A DNA stretch of 64,000 nt from Dehalococcoidia bacterium (lineage in GTDB: Bacteria > Chloroflexota > Dehalococcoidia > Bin125), in assembly GCA_963662615.2 (NCBI GenBank), contig CAXXSR010000001.1, positions 1,856,001 to 1,920,000 on the forward strand, read 5' to 3'. A model generated the notes under the pieces. The model had not been told where the DNA came from, ran no database searches, and saw only the letters and a list, made by a program, of their open reading frames with translations. Numbering within the stretch: position 1 is the stretch's first letter; every line of letters starts with the position of its first letter. Made by a program: the position numbers and the translations under genes. Below, piece by piece: positions 48,910 through 57,232 of the stretch.

Positions 48910-49430
48910 CCGCTCACCCTGAGCTTGTCGAGGGGTCACCCTGAGCCTGTCCTTCCCCCCGCCGAAGGAGCCCGTCAAGGGCCTCCCCTGAGATTGTCGA
49001 AGGGCGAACGGCGGCTCCTAACCGTTCGTCCTGAGCCTGTCGAAGGGGCGAACGGCACTCCCCCTTTCCAGCGGTTTCCGGTGGAGAGGGGGTTAGGCGT
49101 GACGTGCAGAACCCGCTCACCCTGAGCTTGTCGAAGGGTCACCCTGACCTGTCCTTCCCTTTGCGGAAGGAGCCCGTCAAAGAGCCTGCCCTGAGCTTCC
49201 CGAAGGGGCGAAAGCCGCCGACATTGCCGCGAGCATCAACCCTTAGCGCGAGCGGCCGCCAACGCCGCGCTCCTTCGCACCCGCTGCGAGCGCGCATGGA
49301 AGAACCCGTTCGTCCTGAGCTTGTCGAAGGGGCGAACGGCACTCCCCCCCTCTCCACCAGCTTGCGGTGGACAGGGGCGACGCGGTGAGGTCATCCCCCC
49401 GTTCGTCCTGAGCCTGTCGACGGACGAACA
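48910..49430 (+). repeat. Composite repeat cluster (many A, C-like, B)
   Basis: About eight family A cores plus family B at ~49236-49308. Confidence 0.9.
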
Positions 49431-49569
49431 CTGGTCACCACCGGAACTCCCAGAGTGAGTGGGGCGGAAAAAACGGCGGGCGGGGGCGGCCCGTGCTGCA
49501 GTCGTACTGCAGTGACACGGCTAACCGAGGGGGCTGTTGTTCCGATTGCTCTCTCGCGGATAAGCGCAA

Positions 49570-50421
49570 CTAGCGCCTGCGTAAATCGTCACGCCAGAAC
49601 CGCATGCTGATATTCAAGCCAATCGAGTTGTACGCAGACTCCATCAGATTCACTGCCGGCTGGAACGGCCATCCAAATAACGTAACTTGCTCCCAGGCAG
49701 CCCGACTCAACCATGCGACCGAGCTGCCTACCAAGAACTCAATCGCTTCCCGCGTAACGATCTTCTCGATGAATCGTCCGTCTTTCCCGGTCCGTCTGCT
49801 CCCAAGACCCAGATATCCCCACGTCTCACCGTGAGACATCGCCGGGAGAAGCCTGTACGCACCTCCCGCGTTCAACGCAAGCCTCGCCAACTCAATGCGG
49901 GGTGGAGCCTTCTTCAGCGTAAGTCCGCGATGCTCCGCGATCTCCCGGATTTTACGGATACGAACCCTTGCATCGTCCTCCGCCCGATCGTCCTTGCTCT
50001 CCTTGTAGAATTTCGTTTGCTCCGTGACGTCGTGGTAACGAAAGCTCAGGCCTCTCAGCACCCGATCATCTACATCGATTGAGCGGTCGAGTAGATAGAC
50101 CACGCGCGATGCGTTCTCGAGGACCCCTCGAGCGCAACTCCAACTACTCGAGACGAGCGGAGGTTCCGCCAAACTTCGGTGCAAGCCGAAAATGTGGTCG
50201 CCTGCGACCTCTTGAGCTATCGCGGCCTGGCTATATGCAGTTTGTACGGCATCGGCATTGCCGTACTGCCGGAGCTCGGCCTCAGCCCGCGATCCTGGCT
50301 GAGGCTCGTAGCCGCATGTCTTGAGGTACGCTCCTAGCTCTTCTGGATAGCGTTTCAGCACACCCAGCAGCGTGTCGAAGTGTTCCTTGTTTATCTGCGA
50401 GAAAGGCTGCTGGTCGGCCAC
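49570..50421 (-). CDS. Hypothetical helical protein, possibly DUF5677/HEPN-like; lower GC
   Basis: Long ORF with atypical codon usage; 'ARGVLE' and 'YRLLPAMSHG' motifs. Start uncertain. Confidence 0.65.
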   Translation of the reverse strand: MADQQPFSQINKEHFDTLLGVLKRYPEELGAYLKTCGYEPQPGSRAEAELRQYGNADAVQTAYSQAAIAQEVAGDHIFGLHRSLAEPPLVSSSWSCARGVLENASRVVYLLDRSIDVDDRVLRGLSFRYHDVTEQTKFYKESKDDRAEDDARVRIRKIREIAEHRGLTLKKAPPRIELARLALNAGGAYRLLPAMSHGETWGYLGLGSRRTGKDGRFIEKIVTREAIEFLVGSSVAWLSRAAWEQVTLFGWPFQPAVNLMESAYNSIGLNISMRFWRDDLRRR

Positions 50422-50586
50422 GCCACCACCTCTAGAACCGAGAACAGTCGTTCGCATGGCAAACTGCCACAGCGGGTTTTCGCGCCCCCTTCCCCTCCCT
50501 TCCCCCCCTGTAACCCCCAACACACTCTTATGTCGCCTCTACTCTGGACCAAGACCGCGTACAGCGTTTATAACCCGCACTCCGCG

Positions 50587-50595
50587 TGCTATACT
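50587..50595 (+). promoter_or_regulatory. Extended -10 (TGcTATACT), probable leaderless transcript
   Basis: Ends 5 nt before ATG 50601; no SD sequence. Confidence 0.5.
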
Positions 50596-50600
50596 GAACC

Positions 50601-51209
50601 ATGACCACCTCCACCCCTCTCCCCACCGCCCCCACCTCGCCCAACGGACAGACCCCCACCCTCGCCGCTGGACCCCCGCTTGCGGGCTCGTCGGCACACC
50701 CCGCGGTCGCGCCGGGCGGCACACCACCGCCTGTGCGAGATAGCCCCAAGCGCGACAGGTTGAGTGTCCGCGTCCGCCTCCCCCAAGTCCGCGACCTCGC
50801 CGCCCGGGGCCACACCCGCGCCCAGATCGCCCGCACCCTCGGCGTCTCCCCCCGCACCGTCACCGCCGACGTCGCCCGCCTCGCCACGCTCCAGGAGCAA
50901 GAGTTCGCCCGACGCGTCGGCCGCGACGGCCGCCTCCACGCCCTCGACGTCCACCGCCTCCTCCAGGCCTCCGCCTGGAAGGCCGTCGACGCCATCCTCG
51001 ACAACCAGACCGACGCCTACCGCAACCTCGCTCCCCTCCTCCGCACCATCGCCCTCTCCCAGCACGCCATGGACGGCCACCACACCGCCCAGCGCGACGA
51101 CGACAAAAACGCCGCCAGGATGCGCGACTGGCGGCGGACCAAGCGGCAACTCGACCAGGACACGCAGCGCCTCACCCGCGCCCTCACCGGCATCGACAAG
51201 CGCCTCTGA
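50601..51209 (+). CDS. Helix-turn-helix protein
   Basis: 'VRDLAARGHTRAQIARTLGVSPRTVTADV' followed by a helical region. Confidence 0.75.
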   Translation: MTTSTPLPTAPTSPNGQTPTLAAGPPLAGSSAHPAVAPGGTPPPVRDSPKRDRLSVRVRLPQVRDLAARGHTRAQIARTLGVSPRTVTADVARLATLQEQEFARRVGRDGRLHALDVHRLLQASAWKAVDAILDNQTDAYRNLAPLLRTIALSQHAMDGHHTAQRDDDKNAARMRDWRRTKRQLDQDTQRLTRALTGIDKRL

Positions 51210-51272
51210 CGCCAATGGCGCCCACCGCTCCGACCACGCTCAGTGTCTCGGGATGAACGGAGCTCGCGCCGC

Positions 51273-52334
51273 CTAGACCGGCACGTCCAGCGCCATGCCC
51301 AGAAGCACCGCCGTCACGATCCGGCGCTCCGAGTACAGCCGCTCGGCTCGGTCGAACGAGCCCTCACACGTGACCAGCGTCAGCATCGACGTCGTCGTCG
51401 ACTGCAGGAATCGTCCTCCATCGGGATCGTCGTGCGGCACCGACAGCGTCTGCGTCACCAGGTACACGTGCGTCACGCCCGCCTCCCGATCGACAACCAG
51501 GATCTGATCGCCCAGCGCCACCTCCGGCAGCGCCCACGCCACCCCCAACCCCACGTTGCCATCCACATCCGTGTAGTCCCGGTGCCCGTCCAGCAGCACG
51601 TTGCCCGGCTCGCCCGGCATCGGACCGTCCTGCCACCAGCCAATCACATCCGGATTGTCCGGCGCGCCGAATGCCCCGTTCGGCAGCACCCCCAACCCAA
51701 CCACGTCCGCCCGCAGCTTTGCCGCTGGGATGATGACCTCCCACGCCGTCCGATTGTCCACGGACGGAAAGATCCCTGAGCCGCGCAGGTTCGACCCAGC
51801 CTCGCCGCTCCCGCCGTGGATCAGCGCATCGACGTCGAACTCCGGCAGCGCCACGATCGGAGGCCGCCAAGGCGTCGCCGCCGACGCCTCCACTCCCGTG
51901 GCCGCGTCGGAGCTGCGCTCCTGCGCGACGACGGGCAACGTCGCCGCGGTCGCCTCCCCCTTGATCGTCGATGGAGTCGCACCGTCACCAGCACCGTCGC
52001 CCGCACCGTCACCGTCGTAAAGAACCATCAGCAGCAGGACCGCCACGATTGCAGCGGCGAGCCCCCCCACCACGGATGCCGCCACCATCCGGCCTGCCCA
52101 TTTGGCGGTCGCTGCCGGCAGCCCGCGAGCGCTCTTGTGCGGGCCTCGCGCCGTGCGCAACGTCTCGACCGCGTCGCTCGGCACGCGATAGATCGGTCCC
52201 CACGGCCCCACGTCGCTCTCCGAGCGCAGACGCCCCTCTTCGATCCAACGGGTGACGTCGTCACTCGTGACGCCCAGACGGGCAGCCGCCTCTCGAACCG
52301 TCAGCTGCTCCGGCGAAGACGTTTCCTCGTGCAT
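51273..52334 (-). CDS. Class F sortase with N-terminal excisionase/MerR-type HTH and TM helix
   Basis: HTH 'LTVREAAARLGVT...VTRWIEEGRL'; TM; 'GWW..GPMPGEPGNVLLDGHRD', 'LTLVTC', 'YSERRIV'. Confidence 0.9.
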   Translation of the reverse strand: MHEETSSPEQLTVREAAARLGVTSDDVTRWIEEGRLRSESDVGPWGPIYRVPSDAVETLRTARGPHKSARGLPAATAKWAGRMVAASVVGGLAAAIVAVLLLMVLYDGDGAGDGAGDGATPSTIKGEATAATLPVVAQERSSDAATGVEASAATPWRPPIVALPEFDVDALIHGGSGEAGSNLRGSGIFPSVDNRTAWEVIIPAAKLRADVVGLGVLPNGAFGAPDNPDVIGWWQDGPMPGEPGNVLLDGHRDYTDVDGNVGLGVAWALPEVALGDQILVVDREAGVTHVYLVTQTLSVPHDDPDGGRFLQSTTTSMLTLVTCEGSFDRAERLYSERRIVTAVLLGMALDVPV

Positions 52335-52443
52335 CGCTTAGGCCTGACTTGCCGCTTCCCTGCGTCCCAGTCGCTATCCTCGGGCGCGCCCACGCGGTGG
52401 CCCGCGGGAGACCTGCTCCCCCTCAACAGTAGACTCGCACGAC

Positions 52444-52495
52444 CCACCGCTCGTTACGGCCACCGCTCGTTACGGCCACCGCTCGTTACGGCCAC
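52444..52495. repeat. 16-bp tandem repeat x3 (ccaccgctcgttacgg)
   Basis: Perfect repeats in the intergenic region upstream of the HTH-sortase gene. Confidence 0.9.
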
Positions 52496-52522
52496 GGCCC
52501 GGAAGCGGACACGCCGGCTCCC

Positions 52523-53479
52523 TCAGCCCGCGTCCCCATTCGCTCGAAGCCACTCCAGAAGGCGTCGAACGCTTGCCGTCGCGACGGCCACGTAGGTGTC
52601 CGCGGCCCCATAGTAAAGACGCAACGTGTCGCCATCCGGCCCCACGGTCGCGCCGCATGCGAAGACCACGTTCCCCACGTCGCCCATTCGCTCATACGAC
52701 GCCTCCGGAGCAAAGATCCATTCTCGCCCACGTCGCAGGCAGCGGTCGGGCTGCTCCAAATCCAAGAGCGCGAGCCCCAACCGGTACTGCGGCCCCCCAG
52801 CCACCATCCGCACTCCGTGATAGATCAGAAGCCAGCCCTCGGGCGTTTCCAGCGGCGGCGGGCCAATGCCGATCTTCGTGGAATCCCACCACGGTCCCCT
52901 GCGCCGCGACATCACCTGGCGATGGCCACCCCAATCCTCCAGGTCAACGGAGGACGCGATCCAAACGTTACCCTCGTCACCGGGCATAGCCCGATGAAGG
53001 AGTGCCCAGCGGTCGCCGAAGCGTCTCGGGAGCAAGGCGCCGTTCTTGTTGGGCGGCGCCAGCAAGCCGCCCCGACGCTCGAAATGGCGAAAGTCCTCCG
53101 TCAGCGCCAGCGCCAGCGTCGGCCCCGCGGCGGAATAGGCCGTATACAGCACGGCGAACCGGCCCAGTTCAGGAACGTAGACGACCCGCGGATCTTCCAG
53201 GCCGAACTCCTCCTCCCTGCGCTCCGGATCCGGCGCCAGCGTGGGCGCGGGATCGATCTCCCAGCCGTCAATGCCGTTCGCGGAGCGGGCCACGGTGAGA
53301 TGCGAGACCCCGCGTCGGTCCTCTACACGGCAAAGGAGGCACGTCGTGCCGTCCGGCAGCGTCGCCGCCGCCGGATTGAAGACCGCCGCGACGGGGTACG
53401 GCCAATCCGCCGGGCTCAGGATGGGATTGTCAGGATGCCGCTCGAACAGCTCGCACCGCTCCAGCAGTTCCGCCATCAC
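52523..53479 (-). CDS. GH130-family mannoside phosphorylase/glycosidase
   Basis: 'NPIL', 'VFNPAA', 'GLEDPR', 'NKNGALLP', 'GWLLIYHGV', 'GDVGNVVF', 'YYGAAD'. Confidence 0.92.
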   Translation of the reverse strand: MMAELLERCELFERHPDNPILSPADWPYPVAAVFNPAAATLPDGTTCLLCRVEDRRGVSHLTVARSANGIDGWEIDPAPTLAPDPERREEEFGLEDPRVVYVPELGRFAVLYTAYSAAGPTLALALTEDFRHFERRGGLLAPPNKNGALLPRRFGDRWALLHRAMPGDEGNVWIASSVDLEDWGGHRQVMSRRRGPWWDSTKIGIGPPPLETPEGWLLIYHGVRMVAGGPQYRLGLALLDLEQPDRCLRRGREWIFAPEASYERMGDVGNVVFACGATVGPDGDTLRLYYGAADTYVAVATASVRRLLEWLRANGDAG

Positions 53480-53663
53480 CGCGCCTCCTCATCTCGATCC
53501 TTACGAACGGAGCGCCGCTCACCTCAACACCACCCGCCATCGATCGCCACGCCCCAATCATCATCGCCCGTAGCGCTCGACCGCTCGCGGACGGATCCGC
53601 GGCGTTCATCTGCCGCGCCGCTCGCAATGATCGAGGTGTCGCACGTCGGACGGTCCAGCAGTA

Positions 53664-54341
53664 TCAGTTGCTGACCTCGGCCGCGGCCCGCAGATGCGAA
53701 GCCGTTACGTGTGCCAGATCGCCAATGGACTCTAGTGTGAGATCGGCTTCTGGAAAATCGTGGTGCGCGGGGTCGGCGGCGTAGTGTCCCTGGCAGACCA
53801 TCACCGTCGTCACCAGGTCGCCCAGGATCGCCTTCATTGCCGCGTGGATACGCGCCTTGTCGTCCACGACGACGTAGTGGGCAGCCGGGTACCGTCCGCG
53901 GATGTCGTCCGTGCTCTGCTCCTTGTGGACGTACACCAGGACGCGGCCGTCAACCGCCGCCTCCAGACCCGCGCTGCGAATCTTGTAGCGCTGGAAGAGC
54001 TGATCGCCGTCGGTCAGGATGACCGGCAGCCCCAACGACTTCACATGTTCGATCGCTTGCAACGCTTGCGGGTAGAGGCACGCGGCGAAGCGGAAATCAT
54101 AGAGGATCGAACTCAGCCGGCCCAGGCACTCCATCTCGTCACATTCCCGGCCGAACCGCTCCACCGCCTCCGGAAAATCGACATGGTCAAGCTCCTCGCG
54201 AACCGCCTCGTAGATCTCCCAGAACCGCGCGGCCCGGCGCGGTCCAACACCGTCCACGACCGCCGCTTCCAGCTCCACTCTCACGCGGTCGTTGTCCAGC
54301 AGCGTGTTGTCCACATCCAGCAGGACCACCATGTCATGCAT
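53664..54341 (-). CDS. HAD-family hydrolase
   Basis: 'LLDVDNTLLDND', 'LTDGD..FQ..KI', 'YVHKE', 'VDDK'. Confidence 0.9.
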   Translation of the reverse strand: MHDMVVLLDVDNTLLDNDRVRVELEAAVVDGVGPRRAARFWEIYEAVREELDHVDFPEAVERFGRECDEMECLGRLSSILYDFRFAACLYPQALQAIEHVKSLGLPVILTDGDQLFQRYKIRSAGLEAAVDGRVLVYVHKEQSTDDIRGRYPAAHYVVVDDKARIHAAMKAILGDLVTTVMVCQGHYAADPAHHDFPEADLTLESIGDLAHVTASHLRAAAEVSN

Positions 54342-54749
54342 GACTGATCACCTCCCTCGCGTCGTGAGGTTGTGTCCAGAGCTTCTCGCGCCGCCCCTCT
54401 CCGCACGCCGGCAACGGTTCGATACCGCCGGAATCGACGCGGCGCTTCCAAGCGCAGCCCCGCCCGCTCTGGCCATGGAGCCCCAGCGGCGCGAGTCTAC
54501 TCCGTCCGACCGATTCGACGCCCCTGCGGGCGAATCGTGCCTTTGGTTCCGCGGCGCGCCCCACGACGAATCGACCACTCAAGCGGAGTCCTCTGAGCGC
54601 TCTGCGCCGCCCTGCTGGATCATCAATGAGCCCGGCGCAGCTTGCGAGGGCAGAGACAGCTCGTGCTCCGCCGCGGATGGGAGACTTGCAGGGCGTAGTG
54701 GTGGCAGCCTACCCTCGCCGGACCCCCGCCTCGGAAGGAGGCGAGCCCC

Positions 54750-56768
54750 ATGGCGACCCAGCCCTTGGACCAGCTCTGCATCAATACCATTCGCACCTTG
54801 GCCATGGACGCCGTTCAGAAGGCGAATTCAGGCCATCCCGGCACGCCCATGGGCGCGGCGGCCATCGCCTACACGATCTGGACTCGCTTTCTGCGTCACA
54901 ATCCCGCCAACCCGCGCTGGCCCGACCGCGATCGATTCGTGCTCTCGCCGGGTCATGCCTCCATGCTGCTCTACAGCCTCCTCGCCCTGACCGGATACGA
55001 CCTGCCAATGGAGGAGCTGCAGCGCTTCCGCCAATGGGGGAGCAAGACGCCCGGACACCCGGAATACGGTCTCACCCCGGGCGTCGAGCTTACGACCGGA
55101 CCGCTCGGCGCTGGCTTCGCCATGGGCATCGGCATGGCCGTTGTCGAACGCTTCCTGGCCGAGCACTTCAACCGGCCGGGGCACGAGATTGTGGACCACT
55201 ACGTGTAAGGCATCGTCAGCGACGGCGACCTCATGGAGGGCGTCGCGGCCGAGGCGGCCTCCCTCGCCGGCACTCTGCGCCTCGGCAAGCTCATCTATCT
55301 GTACGACGACAACGAGATCTCCATCGAAGGCAGCACCGACATCGCCTTCACCGAGCAGGTGGGCCGGCGCTTCGAAGCGTACGACTGGCACGTCCAGCGC
55401 GTTGACGGCAACGACGTGGACGCCGTCGCCACGGCCATCAACACAGCCCGCGCCCACGCCGAGCGGCCCTCCCTGATCATGGCGCGGACGGTGATCGGAT
55501 TCGGCAGTCCCCATGCGGCTGGGACGGCCCAGGTGCACGGCGCTCCGCTGGGTGAGGAGGAGATTCGCCTAACCAAGCGGGCCCTGGGCTGGCCGGAGCA
55601 GCCACCGTTCCACGTGCCGGACGAAGCGCTCGGAGAGTTCCGCAAGGCGCTCAACCGTGGTCGCGCCTGGGAAGAGGAGTGGAACGGGCGCTTCGCGTCA
55701 TACGAAGCGGCCTTCCCGGATGACGCCCGGCTGTGGCGCGTCGTCTCGGCCGGCGACCTCCCTGAGAACTGGGACGCAGCGGTACCAACATTCACCTCCG
55801 CCGACGGCCCCATGGCGACCCGCCAGGCGTCCGGCAAGGTGCTCAACGGCCTCATTGAGGGGCTGCCCACATTGCTGGGCGGATCGGCGGACTTGGCTCC
55901 GTCCACGAACACCTATCTCAAGGGCTACGGCGATCTCGGCTTCGACGAATGGTGCGGACACAACATGCATTTCGGCGTCCGCGAGCATGCCATGGGCAAC
56001 ATTGCGAACGGCATGGCCCTGCATGGCGGTGTCATCCCCTACACTGCCACATTTCTGGTCTTTTCGGACTACATGCGGCCGGCGCTGCGGCTCGCCGCGC
56101 TACAGCGCGCCCACGTCATCTTCATCTTCACCCACGACAGCATCGGCATGGGCGAGGACGGGCCGACCCACCAGCCCGTCGAGCACCTGGCGTCCCTGCG
56201 AGCGATGCCCGACTTCACGCTCTTCCGCCCAGCCGACGCCAATGAGACCGCCGAGTGCTGGCGCCTCGCGGTCGCCCGTCCGGGTCCGGCAGCCATCGTC
56301 CTGAGCCGCCAGAGTTTGCCCGTCTTTGACGACATTAAGCGGATTCGCGACGGCGTCCGCCGCGGCGCCTACGTCTTCGCCGATGCGGATGCCGCTTCGC
56401 CCGATCTCGTCCTGCTCGCGAGCGGATCCGAAGTCTCGCTGGTTCTCGCCGCCCGCACTCTCCTCGGCGAGCGCGGGATTCAGGCACGGGTGGTCAGCAT
56501 GCCGAGTTGGGATCTGTTTGAGGAGCAGCCCCAGGCGTACAAGAACGCGGTGATCCCGTCCGGCGTACGTGCCCGTCTGGCCGTCGAGGCGGCCTCCCCC
56601 CTGGGCTGGCACCGGTACGTGGGCGACGCGGGCGATATCGTGGCCCTCGCTCACTTCGGCGCATCGGCGCCCGCGGATCAACTGTTCCAGGCGTTCGGCT
56701 TCACACCGGAGCAGGTGGCGGATCGCGCCGCGGCGCTGGTGGGACAGCCGGCCCGGCAGGGCGCCTAG
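54750..56768 (+). pseudogene. tkt: Transketolase with in-frame TAA at 55206-55208
   Basis: 'SGHPG', 'DRFVLSPGH', then '[15 protein letters not shown]' in one frame; 'FGVREH', 'GEDGPTHQP'. Confidence 0.92.
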
Positions 56769-56770
56769 CC

Positions 56771-57229
56771 ATGCGCATCGCCGTCGGCGCGGACCACGCG
56801 GGGTTCCCCTTGAAAGGGCAGCTCATCGCTGAGCTGCAGCGGCTCGGTCACGAAGTCGTCGACGTGGGGACCCACAGCACGGACCCGGTTGACTATCCTG
56901 ACGTTGCTGAGGCGGTGGGGAAAGCCGTCATTGGTGGCGAGGCGCACCGAGGCCTGCTCGTGTGCGGTAGTGGCGTCGGCGCGGCCGTGGCCGCGAATAA
57001 GATTCCCGGAATCCGTGCAAGCGTCTGCCACGACACCTTTTCCGCGCATCAAGGTGTGGAGGACGACGACATGAACGTCCTCTGCCTGGGCGCACGCGTC
57101 GTGGGACCGCAGCTCGCCGCGGAGATCGTGCGGACATGGCAGCAGGTGTCCTTCTCCCACGCCGAGCGCCACGTTCGCCGCCTGAGCAAGGTCTTGGCGT
57201 TAGAGAAGCGGTACCAGCAAGGAGTCTGA
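56771..57229 (+). CDS. rpiB: Ribose-5-phosphate isomerase B
   Basis: 'GADHAG', 'DYPD', '[10 protein letters not shown]', 'NVLCLGARV', 'RH.RR'. Confidence 0.95.
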   Translation: MRIAVGADHAGFPLKGQLIAELQRLGHEVVDVGTHSTDPVDYPDVAEAVGKAVIGGEAHRGLLVCGSGVGAAVAANKIPGIRASVCHDTFSAHQGVEDDDMNVLCLGARVVGPQLAAEIVRTWQQVSFSHAERHVRRLSKVLALEKRYQQGV

Positions 57230-57232
57230 GCC

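Noticed and set aside
28830-55208. Stop-codon reassignment or readthrough explaining in-frame stops in GH15 and tkt
   Set aside because: The stops are of different types (TAA, TAG) at unrelated residues, and both TAA and TAG terminate many intact genes here (fdhA, CAP, folE).
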